The notes beneath the pieces were generated by a model. The model saw only the letters and a list, made by a program, of their open reading frames with translations. It was not told the DNA's origin and searched no databases. The translations under genes were made by a program, and so were the position numbers. DNA of 64,000 nucleotides from a bacterium (GTDB lineage Bacteria; Electryoneota; Electryoneia; Electryoneales; Electryoneaceae): positions 4,684 to 68,683 of the forward strand of contig JAZDLX010000200.1 of assembly GCA_043801585.1 (NCBI GenBank), in the 5' to 3' direction. This document shows, in pieces, positions 42,320-51,681 of the stretch (position 1 is the stretch's first letter; the number at the start of each line of letters is the position of its first letter).

Positions 42320-42351
42320 AAAAACGCCGGATATGGGAATCCACATCCGGC
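42320..42351 (-). terminator. Terminator after response regulator
   Basis: GCCGGATGTGG...CCATATCCGGC followed by GTTTTT on minus strand. Confidence 0.65.
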
Positions 42352-42384
42352 ACCAATGTTAATGCTTTCTTAAAATCACCAGCA

Positions 42385-42993
42385 TTAATCCGACTTAATC
42401 ATCTTGGATTTGGCCAGCAGTTCGTCGATGATTCTTGATAACTCGTCGAAATCAGGCGGTTTGTTTACATAGTAGTCCACATCCAGATCCTTCATCGCCT
42501 CTTGGACCACTTCATCAATGTATCCGGAGAGAATCACAATCCGGGTGCCGGTCAACTGGGATTCTTTTCTTAAAATCGAGGCGATTCGGATGCCATCGGT
42601 TCCGGGAAGATGCAGGTCGAGAATGACCACGTCCGGTCGATACTTCATCAGCAGCATCCCTGCATGCGCCACATCGTCCGCACCAACAACCCGCCGACCC
42701 GGAGCCTCAAGGTTCGGAATCAACGCGTGAAGCAAATCGGGATCGTCATCAATGACGAGTACCGTCGGGGGAGAGGCGTAGCTCTCCCATTCGGCAGGCA
42801 CTTCAAATCCATGCACCTGGCAGAACCGAACCAACTCATCGATGTTCACCCGGTAATGCCCACCGGGTGTAGTACTTGCTTTCAGACGATCCGCCTTAAT
42901 CCAGTTCGCGACTGTCTCAGGAGTGACATGACAGTGCTGAGCGATTTGACCGGTTGTAAAACGTTTTGGCGATTTGACCTCTTTACTTGTCAT
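42385..42993 (-). CDS. Response regulator with N-terminal excisionase-type HTH
   Basis: FTTGQIAQHCHVTPETVANWI...TPGGHYR plus receiver domain (IDDD, LDLHLP, SG, KP). Confidence 0.9.
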   Translation of the reverse strand: MTSKEVKSPKRFTTGQIAQHCHVTPETVANWIKADRLKASTTPGGHYRVNIDELVRFCQVHGFEVPAEWESYASPPTVLVIDDDPDLLHALIPNLEAPGRRVVGADDVAHAGMLLMKYRPDVVILDLHLPGTDGIRIASILRKESQLTGTRIVILSGYIDEVVQEAMKDLDVDYYVNKPPDFDELSRIIDELLAKSKMIKSD

Positions 42994-43204
42994 GCGACAA
43001 CCCTTTCGTTCCGCAGATTCCGCCACCCGTGCCCGAGTCTCGAAGCTCAAGTATCTGGTTCACTTGGCAGCAATAGTAAAAAGATAAAAACTATCATCCC
43101 ACAAGTGAAACTTCATATAATATGGGTAAATCAGAGACTAAATACTTCCAATTTGAATTATTTTCCTCGACCGGCTCTTTTACCGAATTCTCACCTTCGA
43201 AGCA

Positions 43205-43630
43205 TTATTTCGCGGTGGATGTCGGAAAGGTATTTGCCGGATACCGTGTCCCATCATCGGGCGGTTCCACGGGTACGTTTCGAGCAGAGCCCCCAACGAG
43301 TTCCCAGGCTGAATCGAAATCCTCCACAACGGTGTATTTTGCTCCAGCACGGAAAGGAACCGTTAAGGATGGGTCCGCGGAGGGGATCAGAATCCGTTTG
43401 CGAAAGGAAGCTCCTGCAAGTACACCAGCCAGAAGCTTCAGCTGCTTAACCGCTGCGGGTGCGGCTCTCTCGAAATCGCCAAAGTCAAAGATCAGCGACC
43501 ATGTCTCGTCCAGTCTTTCCACTTGCCGAGACAGGTCAATCCTCATCATATACGCCTCAGTTCCATCCTGCATACCGTGAAGGACAACAACAAGCGTCTT
43601 CAATTCACGGCTTTCCTCTACGCGATACAT
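43205..43630 (-). CDS. Hypothetical protein, possibly STAS/SpoIIAA-like
   Basis: Strong RBS GGAGGTGA; promoter TTGCCT-17-TAGGTT at 43655-43683; alpha/beta pattern LIFDFGDF...FDSAWE. Confidence 0.6.
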   Translation of the reverse strand: MYRVEESRELKTLVVVLHGMQDGTEAYMMRIDLSRQVERLDETWSLIFDFGDFERAAPAAVKQLKLLAGVLAGASFRKRILIPSADPSLTVPFRAGAKYTVVEDFDSAWELVGGSARNVPVEPPDDGTRYPANTFPTSTAK

Positions 43631-44492
43631 GTCACCTCCATGATGAATACCTTTAACCTATGGCTCACATACTTTCAAGGCAACCCGGAAGCTCTGGGAA
43701 TCAAACCCTCCACATTCCCCCGATGAAATCTTCTGATTCGTTCTTTTCGATCGTACTGCTCAGGATTAATAAATCGCCACCGGATGTGCCAACGGAGAGA
43801 ATGGAGACCAGAGAGTATGAAGATTGCACGGGGAGGATCTTCTCTTTCAACAATGTTAGATTATTCTTATAATAATATCGATATCGATAATAAGAGAAAT
43901 ATCATTCATCACTCAGAAGTCTACGATCGATTCGCTGAATCCGTCTATTAACCTATTAAACATTAAGTTGTTAAGCTGTTGAGGACGATTCATCCAAGGG
44001 GGCTCCGGTATATCAGCTTTCTGGAACACGATGATAAGTTACAGTCTGAATCCATTGGTTCTTTCAGCGGTACAGCGTGCACACATTTCCTGACGACCTT
44101 CTCAAATAATAACTTCACCAATTTGCACGAAATCAAGTCTTTCGATGAAACGTATTCCGCACCTGTGATCTGATGATACGGGTCGTTGTGAGAGTGTACC
44201 TATTGCGAAATTCATCTCAATCTGGCAGTTTTCAACGTAGGACATTATTTTAGCATATTGGTAATTGGACATTTATTGTTGGCAAATTCCTAGACCATGC
44301 TTCAACTGGATATCTTCAACATTCGTGGTAATGGCAACTGGCGATCGCATAAGTCGATCACATGCAAATAAGTCTGGTGCCTGGATCTACCAGGCGGATT
44401 TGCGCGAAAATAACAGACGTCCCGTCATATGAACAGAAAGTAATTTCCGAACAATCCGCTGATGGGGCTGAATTCGAGCGGGAGGATGAGAG

Positions 44493-45329
44493 TTGGCACA
44501 TCTTCTTGAACTGAGCGACGCGGAGTTCACCCGGATTCGACAGCTGGTGTATTCCAAGTTTGGAATCAACCTGACCGATCAGAAACGCGCCCTTGTGCTC
44601 GGACGGTTGAACAAGGTACTCCGTGATAAGGGGTTCAACACCTTCTCGGAGTATTACGACTATGTGACCGATGACACGTCCGGGAAAGCATTATCGACTC
44701 TCATCGATCGCATCTCGACAAACCACACGTTTTTCTGGCGTGAATCGGATCACTTCGAGTATTTCGCTAACGCTACACTTCCGGATTGGGTGCAGCGGTT
44801 GCGCACGATTTCTCAAAAGAAATTTCGCATCTGGATTGCAGGGAGTTCCTCGGGGGAAGAATCCTACCTCATTGCCATGCTGATGCGAGAAATGCTGGGA
44901 AAGGATCTGCCACAATGGGACGTTGGCATTCTTGCCACGGATATCTCGGTGACTGCCCTCGAAAAAGCGATCCGTGGTGTGTACACCCCGGAAAATGTCA
45001 ATCATCTTCCCGATAAATTGAAAATCAACTACATGCAACAGTTGCCTGATGGCAACTGGGAAGTGAGGGACGAGATCAGGCAGATGGTCGTCTATCGCCG
45101 ATTGAACCTGATGCGCCCGGATTTTCCATTCAAAGGATCCTTCCAGGTCGTGTTCTGCAGAAATGTGATGATCTACTTTGACCGCCCCACGAGAGACGCA
45201 CTGATCAGAAAATTTCATGCGTACATGGATAAAGGTGCGACGCTTTTCATCGGCCATTCAGAGACTCTGGGCAGAACGAATTCATTGTTTCAATATATCA
45301 AACCTGCGATCTACAGGAGGATCGGGTAA
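44493..45329 (+). CDS. cheR: Chemotaxis protein methyltransferase
   Basis: STNHTFFWRE, IWIAGSSSGEESY, ILATDIS, VFCRNVMIYFD, IGHSE. Confidence 0.95.
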   Translation: MAHLLELSDAEFTRIRQLVYSKFGINLTDQKRALVLGRLNKVLRDKGFNTFSEYYDYVTDDTSGKALSTLIDRISTNHTFFWRESDHFEYFANATLPDWVQRLRTISQKKFRIWIAGSSSGEESYLIAMLMREMLGKDLPQWDVGILATDISVTALEKAIRGVYTPENVNHLPDKLKINYMQQLPDGNWEVRDEIRQMVVYRRLNLMRPDFPFKGSFQVVFCRNVMIYFDRPTRDALIRKFHAYMDKGATLFIGHSETLGRTNSLFQYIKPAIYRRIG

Positions 45330-45432
45330 TCGCGGAGAATCGTGTCCGCGTATTGATCGTCAATGATTCCGCCATCGTCTCAGAGAGATTCTCTCTCAGG
45401 GACTCTCAAAAGATCCAGCAATCAAAGTGGTC
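45329..45432 (+). pseudogene. cheB 5' remnant
   Basis: ATC where ATG is expected after AGGAGG; AENRVRVLIVNDSAIV, then a +2 frameshift, REILSQGLSKDPAIKVV, then truncated. Confidence 0.75.
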
Positions 45433-45434
45433 AC

Positions 45435-46086
45435 GAGATTACGTCGATCCAGCGTGCCCTGGTTCACATCGGAGAAACGTTGGTTCTTGGCATTGTCGTC
45501 GGTGCAAGCACCGGGGAACTTTTTTGAAAAAACACTGGTTGGATATGACGGTCCGGAAGGAGCCATGAGGAAACACTGTCTCCAGGTTGCCTTCGCCGCG
45601 CGCGAACTGGCGATGCGGTCCAAGGGACAGGTGCAGCCCGATCAGGCGTATACGGCGTTCTTCTGATGGACACCGGAATGACCGTGTGATCGGACACCAT
45701 GGTCGAACACACCGGAGATATTATTCACAGAATCGATTTCGTTGAGCACGCGGATTTCACGGATTTCGAGCGTGAAGCGTTGTGGTTCGATCACGCTGAG
45801 GCCGGAGGCGAGCTCGCAAAACGATGGATCATTCCGGAGTCGTTGATCATCGGCATTCAGAATCACCATCATCCATACAAGGCTCCAGAGAAGTATCGCG
45901 CCCTGTTGTACACGCTGCATCTTGCAGACTCGGTTGGCGGGGTTTGGGATCGGGTCCGAATCTCTTTCTTATACGTTGGACGATGGGTACCCAGCCTGCT
46001 ACCAACTCAACAGCCGGGACATCTCGGAGTTGATCCTTGTGGTACTGGAAAAGTACTCGAAGGTGGAGCATTCGCTTTTCAGTTAG
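45435..46086 (+). pseudogene. HDOD domain pseudogene
   Basis: Pieces in shifting frames: EITSIQRALVHIGE / KHCLQVAFAAREL...AYTA / LLMDTG...stop / DHAEAGGELAKRW...HHHP...LHLAD / GFGIGSESLSYTLD...stop. Confidence 0.8.
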
Positions 46087-46100
46087 ACAGGACAGGCGAA

Positions 46101-46475
46101 ATGGTCAAAACGGTATTCATTGTGGATGATTCGGCAACCGCTCGAATGATGATTCGACGCTGGGTGGAGATCGCCGGTTTGCCTGACTTCGCATTCGTCG
46201 AGGCTGGAAACGGACATCAAGGCCTGGATACGCTGAAAGAGACAAACGTTGATCTGATCTTCACCGATTTGAACATGCCAGAGATGGATGAAAAGGAATT
46301 CCTTCACCGTGTGCGCTTGTTGGAAGGATACAGCGTCGTGCCGGACGTCGTAATCACAAGCACGGGAAACGAGGCGAAGAAGGCGGTGTTTCGGAAGCAA
46401 GGGTCGTCCTTCATCCTTAGTAAACCGATCTCACCAGCAATAATGGCGGACACGTTGCAGCGACTGGAGGTGTAG
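46101..46475 (+). CDS. CheY-like single-domain response regulator
   Basis: VDDSATAR, TDLNMP, ITS, KP; own ATG at 46101. Confidence 0.85.
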   Translation: MVKTVFIVDDSATARMMIRRWVEIAGLPDFAFVEAGNGHQGLDTLKETNVDLIFTDLNMPEMDEKEFLHRVRLLEGYSVVPDVVITSTGNEAKKAVFRKQGSSFILSKPISPAIMADTLQRLEV

Positions 46476-46478
46476 TCA

Positions 46479-46997
46479 ATGGTCCTCGAAAAAGCCAACC
46501 TTTACAAGGCACTCACGCAAGCGGTGGCTGAATCTCTTGAATCACTCGCTTTCGTTGAAGCGATTCTGCTGGATGAAAAAACACCACTTTTGCCGGAAGA
46601 GCAGGCTCCGAAACCTCGAACGAGCGTAGCATGGGCACGTACACCGTTTATCAAACCTCTTGAAGGAGAGATTCTGTTGATCATGCCTCCGGAACTTGGA
46701 CAGATGTTGACGGAAATCATATTCGGGGCCATGGGAGAGGAAAAGATCTCGGACGAAGTGATGCTCGACGCCATCGCCGAGACCTCCAACGTCGTCGCCG
46801 GAAGAGTGATGAACGGCTTGATCGGCAATCACACCGAGTTCGAGTTAGGATTGCCAATTCGAGGAATGGGTTCGAGCGACCAAGAGGTCCCCATGCCTCG
46901 AGGAACGCTTCACAAACTTGATTATACTATCGAAGGTTATACATTTACTGTCATCCTTGGTGCTAAAGGCTTTGAACAGGATCGCAATTCGAAGTAG
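46479..46997 (+). CDS. CheX/CheC family phosphatase-like protein
   Basis: DAIAETSNVVAG (E-x-x-N motif), FELGLP. Confidence 0.78.
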   Translation: MVLEKANLYKALTQAVAESLESLAFVEAILLDEKTPLLPEEQAPKPRTSVAWARTPFIKPLEGEILLIMPPELGQMLTEIIFGAMGEEKISDEVMLDAIAETSNVVAGRVMNGLIGNHTEFELGLPIRGMGSSDQEVPMPRGTLHKLDYTIEGYTFTVILGAKGFEQDRNSK

Positions 46998-47009
46998 CGG
47001 GAGTGACGC

Positions 47010-47369
47010 ATGAAGATTCTTGTGGTTGATGATTCTGCGACGATGCGCCGCATCATTGAAAACAACCTGAAAACATCGGGTTTTGAAGACATTATCCAAG
47101 CGGGGAACGGCGTGGAAGCACTTGCGAACATGGCGGGTATCGATCTTGTTCTAACCGATTGGAATATGCCGGTGATGGACGGGTTGAGCCTGGTCAAGGA
47201 GATTCGCGGCAATCCGACATTCGCGAATATTCCGATCGTCATGATCACGACAGAAGGTGCAAAAGAAGAGGTCATCGAGGCACTGAAGGAAGGTGTGAAC
47301 GACTATATCGTCAAACCGTTCACCAAGCAGGTGCTGCTGGAGAAAATTGAAAAAGTGACCCAAGGCTGA
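47010..47369 (+). CDS. cheY: Chemotaxis response regulator CheY
   Basis: VDDSATMRRII, TDWNMPVMDG, MITTE, YIVKPFT. Confidence 0.92.
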   Translation: MKILVVDDSATMRRIIENNLKTSGFEDIIQAGNGVEALANMAGIDLVLTDWNMPVMDGLSLVKEIRGNPTFANIPIVMITTEGAKEEVIEALKEGVNDYIVKPFTKQVLLEKIEKVTQG

Positions 47370-47385
47370 GCTTACAGCATCGGAG

Positions 47386-47865
47386 TTGTTTATGGATGTT
47401 CGATATATCAATCCTTTCATCAACGCAACGATCAATACGCTCGAAATGATGACGGGATTGACCCCTGAACCGAAAACACCCTACACCAAGGATAACTTCA
47501 CAACCCAGGGAGATATCAGCGGTGTCATCGGTTTCGCGGAAAAAAACATCATCGGATCGGTGATTCTCAGTTTTCCCGAAGAAACCGCGATCATACTTTA
47601 CAATGCAATGACTGGTGAAAACATCTTTCGCATCACCCGTGACGTTGAAGACAGCATCGGAGAATTGACGAACATCGTTGCCGGTGGCGCAAAAACCGTT
47701 CTCGCTGCCGAAGGCTTATCCTTCAACATCTCCATTCCATCCGTTATCGTAGGGAAGAGCCATACGATCACCAGCAAGGTCAACGCGCCCATTATCGTCA
47801 TTCCATTCCAACTGGATCGAATGCGGTTTGTCATGGAAGTGACGATAAAGATTGAAGGGCAGTAG
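47386..47865 (+). CDS. cheX: Chemotaxis phosphatase CheX
   Basis: YINPFI, DISGVIG, IGELTNIVAGGAK, ISIPSVIVG. Confidence 0.92.
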   Translation: MFMDVRYINPFINATINTLEMMTGLTPEPKTPYTKDNFTTQGDISGVIGFAEKNIIGSVILSFPEETAIILYNAMTGENIFRITRDVEDSIGELTNIVAGGAKTVLAAEGLSFNISIPSVIVGKSHTITSKVNAPIIVIPFQLDRMRFVMEVTIKIEGQ

Positions 47866-47894
47866 CACTCCCGCCGTAATCCATCTGAATACAG

Positions 47895-47930
47895 AAGCGC
47901 CGGGCATCCGATCGTAAGCCCGGCGCTTTT
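47895..47930. terminator. Terminator between cheX and creatininase gene
   Basis: AAGCGCCGGGC...GCCCGGCGCTTTT. Confidence 0.75.
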
Positions 47931-47943
47931 ATATTGTCGCCGT

Positions 47944-48693
47944 TCATCGATGCAGTGTTTCCCAGCGATCAAGCACACGTTGAAGGTTCTGCACCGCACG
48001 TGCCGCGACTGCATCAAGGAATCGTTCCGCTTTGTCCCGGTCATAGTCCGGGAACCCTTCACCTTCATGTTCCAGGATGATCGGAAAGGGGCCGGGATAA
48101 GCGGCGATTGCCGGGTTCAGGATCCCCGCATCTTCTTTTTTCCACTGGCCATCAGGTGCGGCTTCCGGCCGGATGGCAAGAACGAGTCCCGTCTCCGCGG
48201 TGCCTGAATGTCCGCCGAGTGCTTCATATGCCCCCGGTTCATTCCCGGGAATCTCACGGAACCAGTCGTAGGAGAGGGCGAACGCCCCTCGTTTCCGGTG
48301 CAGCTCGAAGGCCGCGGCTTTGATGCTGTCGATGTTCCCCGAGTGACCGTTGATGAAAAGCAATTCCCTGAAACCGCTGTCCATAAGGCCCGTTCCAATT
48401 TCCACGAGCAGCCGGGTGTAGGTTTCGGGAGTCAAGGTGACCGACCCCGGATACCGGCTGAGCGTTCGCAACGTTCCATAGGCGACAGCGGGTGCGACGA
48501 GGGCGTTCAATGCCGGGGCGATGCGAAGAGCAAGTCCTTCCGGGATCAACGTGTCCGTTCCTACTCCCGCTGCGCCATGCGCCTCTGTCGCTCCGCAGGG
48601 AATCATCACCCGATGAATCCGTTTCGGAACAAGCTCCCCGATTTCACTCGTCAGCAGTTCTTCCAGCTTCCAGCTTCTTACCGAGCTACTCAT
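47944..48693 (-). CDS. Creatininase family amidohydrolase
   Basis: GATEAHG..GTDT, YPGSV, NGHSGN, HSGTAET. Confidence 0.92.
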   Translation of the reverse strand: MSSSVRSWKLEELLTSEIGELVPKRIHRVMIPCGATEAHGAAGVGTDTLIPEGLALRIAPALNALVAPAVAYGTLRTLSRYPGSVTLTPETYTRLLVEIGTGLMDSGFRELLFINGHSGNIDSIKAAAFELHRKRGAFALSYDWFREIPGNEPGAYEALGGHSGTAETGLVLAIRPEAAPDGQWKKEDAGILNPAIAAYPGPFPIILEHEGEGFPDYDRDKAERFLDAVAARAVQNLQRVLDRWETLHR

Positions 48694-49768
48694 CTTCCGT
48701 CTCCTTGGATACGGGATTTGGTCGATTCGACTGTGCAGCCAGCAACACCTTCTCCACCAGCCCGGGAAGCAGTCGCGTCGCATCCGCGAGCAGAAGGGGA
48801 GGTGAATCTCCACGGATCACGATGACGGCAGGGAGGGAACGAATCCCCAATCCCAGCAGGCGACCGCTCCGAAAGCCGATCTTCTTGACAGTGATATCCA
48901 GCCCCCAGTCCAGCGCCGCTGCTCGCCCTGCGTCCACATTGATCCCCGCAAAACAAAAGGAATGGGGAATCCCGCTGCTGAGAAAATACAAGTCGAGTTC
49001 GCGAAGGATGGAGGCTTCATCATCGCCGCCAACCTCATCCCAGAGAACAACAACACCCACCCTCTCGTCCGTCTGTCCTTTCGGTCTGCACGACCGTGGG
49101 ACTGAGATTCGTTCAGTCGACGAGGCGTGTCGTTCTGCGTTTCGCAGGATCAGCTCCACTGACGATTTCTGATACTGCCGCCGGTACGCGTCCCACTGTT
49201 CTTCCGGATATTCCTGCGCCAGGTAGAGTTCTTTCGCACTGGTGAGTAGATCGTTGTTGCCGGTCAGCAGCCATCCTGTCAGCAATGTTCCGAGCGCTTC
49301 CGACGGATACTCCTCATCTCGAAGGATCGAAGAGAGCAGGAGGTAGGTGTCCGCGGATCCATCAAGATCCACTGCCCTCGCTGCTGCGGCTTCCTCTTCC
49401 ATACGCTTTTCGGTTCCAAGCAAGAGGTGCGCGATCCTGAAATGGATCCTGCCTTCCGCACGCTGGACACGGTTTACCCAGCGCAGCCTGTCCCAGGGCT
49501 TGCGGGGATGTTTCCTCCATTTCTCCAGTTTAATGAGCTGAGCATGCAGGGATTCCATCGGGGTTTCATCCGCAATCAGAGAGTCCACCTCGGCTGCAAG
49601 TCGAGCGTCATTGGATTGAACGAGCAGCGTCATCAGGGGATCATCCCGGTCCCTTGCCGATGAAACCGGAGCCGACAACAGGATGGCGGAGAAGAGGAGC
49701 AGCGGGAAAAGAAAACGGAAACGCACCCATGTAGAATGCGGTGCCGGGATGTTGATGTTCGCGAACAT
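48686..49768 (-). CDS. Exported TPR-like protein with a TlpA-like thioredoxin fold lacking CxxC
   Basis: Signal peptide; helical repeats; C-terminal VVVLW...FAGINVD...GIRSLPAVIVI. Start ATG 49768 lies 6 nt after TACTTT. Confidence 0.6.
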   Translation of the reverse strand: MFANINIPAPHSTWVRFRFLFPLLLFSAILLSAPVSSARDRDDPLMTLLVQSNDARLAAEVDSLIADETPMESLHAQLIKLEKWRKHPRKPWDRLRWVNRVQRAEGRIHFRIAHLLLGTEKRMEEEAAAARAVDLDGSADTYLLLSSILRDEEYPSEALGTLLTGWLLTGNNDLLTSAKELYLAQEYPEEQWDAYRRQYQKSSVELILRNAERHASSTERISVPRSCRPKGQTDERVGVVVLWDEVGGDDEASILRELDLYFLSSGIPHSFCFAGINVDAGRAAALDWGLDITVKKIGFRSGRLLGLGIRSLPAVIVIRGDSPPLLLADATRLLPGLVEKVLLAAQSNRPNPVSKETEDE

Positions 49769-49828
49769 AGGCGGAAAGTAGAACAGGCCGCTGCTCCAAG
49801 GCAAACGATTAGGGCTACAAGTTGGCAC

Positions 49829-49921
49829 AAAAAACGGCATGCTTTGGGAAGCATGCCGTAAGCAAGGGCTCCTTTCGGATCGAAAGGAGTTGGCAGCGTG
49901 AGTCATTCGCTCAGCTGACAA
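49829..49921 (-). ncRNA. Candidate sigma54-dependent small RNA (three hairpins, last is a terminator)
   Basis: Hairpins at 49894-49917, 49869-49889 and 49834-49859 plus a U-tract; the sigma54-type site predicts +1 at 49921. Confidence 0.55.
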
Positions 49922-49930
49922 GAAAATAAT

Positions 49931-49947
49931 TGGCATATTCCGTGCCA
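49931..49947 (-). promoter_or_regulatory. Sigma54 (-24/-12) promoter-like site
   Basis: TGGCACGGAATATGC on minus strand matches TGGCACG-N4-TTGC with one mismatch. Confidence 0.6.
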
Positions 49948-50196
49948 TCCGTATTAGTACTATATATACAAGGAGTTATAGTAAAACGAACGTCAAGAAC
50001 AAGGGATCATTGGCGGAAAGATTTGCCTTTTCTCAGCAGGAGATTCCGATTTTCAGCTGTTCGAACACGGATTGATGTGCTTGGGAAGGATGAATGTCGT
50101 TCTTTCCCGTGGCATGCAATTTTCGTATGTTTTTTCGTTCATAGAGTTCACCATCTTCATGAAAAAAGAACCTTTGCGTTTCCACGGAGACGATAC

Positions 50197-51681
50197 ATGG
50201 AACATCAGCTCGAAGCATGGCTGAAAACCTATCGCGGGGAAGCTGCGATTTCGCCCGCGACCTGGGCGGAACTTCCCAAGGACTGCAAAAGAAAACTCGA
50301 TAATTATGCTCGGGACGAGGCGGTTCGGCGCGCGGACGAGTTCGCTCGAGACGGCCATCTCGACCTCGATCGTCAGGATGCCATCCGTCAACTCGTTGAT
50401 TCTATGGCGCAATGTTGGATGCTTCCGGGCGAGGAGGCACGTCGTATCGTGGAGGATTTCCTCGACGAATTGCCAGCCAACCCCGGATTTGAGTTTGACA
50501 AACTCTCGACGAGGACGTTTCGCCGCCGTGTGAACGGCACCTGGAAAGATCTCCTGGATAGTTTCGATTTGAAAAAGGAACCGAAAATCATCAGCATCGT
50601 CAGCAGGGAGCTGGATGTCGACAGGAGAAAAAATACGGACCGCACATCCTTCCTTGCAGCCTGGCGGGAAGCCTACGACCACTGGAGTCTGGCAGAGGCG
50701 AAAGATGCGGTAAATGAACTGATTGACCTTGTCAACGCAGGTGCAACCGGAGCAACGGAAGTTTCATTGCGAGAAATTCTCCCCCTGATCAAGCATCGCG
50801 GTGGCGCTTCATGGGCGAAAGCCCTCGAACTCGAACTGGAAGTTGGAGTGGAAGCAGCAGTTCGAGAAGACCTCATTCGCATGTTGAAACGGTATGCGTT
50901 GATCGTTCGCAGGGAGGGGGCGCTTGCGGAGCCCCCAAAGCCCAGAACGATCAGCGTTGATCTCGGGATTGAAGGGGAAAGCGTTGCTGCTCAGCACGCA
51001 ACACTCCGCACGGAACCGGAGGTGGAACCATTGGTCAGCGTCGAGACTGAGCCGGAACCGGAAGAGCCAAAGACACCTGATGTTGAAGAAGAATCCGAGT
51101 CCTCTGAAGAGGACGCTGAAGTGGAGGCCCTCGAACCCGCGGAATCCATTTTTAACCAGCCGAGCGAAGAGGACAGGGAAGCTGCGGAGGAATTGTTCGG
51201 CAATGCCGAATCGGAAGTACAAGCAGTGGAAGAAATCCATCACGCGGTTGACGTTGTTGATGAGGATTCCGAACAAGTAGTTGAGGAAAAAGAATCAGCC
51301 GTTTCCCCTGTTGAAGCACAGGAGGTAGTGAGCCCTCCGAGCAAAGCTGCGATTCGAGTACCTGAGAAAGAGACTCCAGATGAGCATGAAGGAGCGCGGA
51401 AGAAGCGGTTGAAAGATGTCTTCTCGCCATCTCCTGTGCGTGATAAGAAAGACCGTTTTGCGGTGATTCGATCCGGTGAGTTTCGTGAGAGGGTAGTCCG
51501 GGAGATGTATAGCGGCGACGCGACTCTCCTTGATGTCTTCCTTGCCAAGCTGTCAGGCGCACCGGATTGGAACAGGGCGAAGCAGTTTATTGCGAATGAG
51601 TTTTTCCGATGCAAGGTCGATCTTCATTCTGAATTGGGAGAGGAGTTGTTTCTCAAATTGAAGGAGAATTTGAGTGAATGA
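50197..51681 (+). CDS. Hypothetical protein with long acidic linker and helical C-terminal domain
   Basis: GGAG RBS before ATG 50197; E/P-rich middle; C-terminal VVREMYSGD...W..A..FI...VD..SE resembles an FCB hypothetical-protein tail (from memory, not searched). Confidence 0.75.
   Translation: MEHQLEAWLKTYRGEAAISPATWAELPKDCKRKLDNYARDEAVRRADEFARDGHLDLDRQDAIRQLVDSMAQCWMLPGEEARRIVEDFLDELPANPGFEFDKLSTRTFRRRVNGTWKDLLDSFDLKKEPKIISIVSRELDVDRRKNTDRTSFLAAWREAYDHWSLAEAKDAVNELIDLVNAGATGATEVSLREILPLIKHRGGASWAKALELELEVGVEAAVREDLIRMLKRYALIVRREGALAEPPKPRTISVDLGIEGESVAAQHATLRTEPEVEPLVSVETEPEPEEPKTPDVEEESESSEEDAEVEALEPAESIFNQPSEEDREAAEELFGNAESEVQAVEEIHHAVDVVDEDSEQVVEEKESAVSPVEAQEVVSPPSKAAIRVPEKETPDEHEGARKKRLKDVFSPSPVRDKKDRFAVIRSGEFRERVVREMYSGDATLLDVFLAKLSGAPDWNRAKQFIANEFFRCKVDLHSELGEELFLKLKENLSE

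Noticed and set aside
45687-45689. In-frame TGA as possible selenocysteine or readthrough
   Set aside because: It is surrounded by frameshifts and a deletion, is not at a Cys position and has no evident SECIS; decay explains it.
45699-46475. Apparent HDOD-receiver fusion ORF (258 aa)
   Set aside because: Produced by a frameshift near 45930 in the HDOD pseudogene; the real HDOD tail ends at TAG 46086 in another frame and the receiver has its own ATG at 46101.
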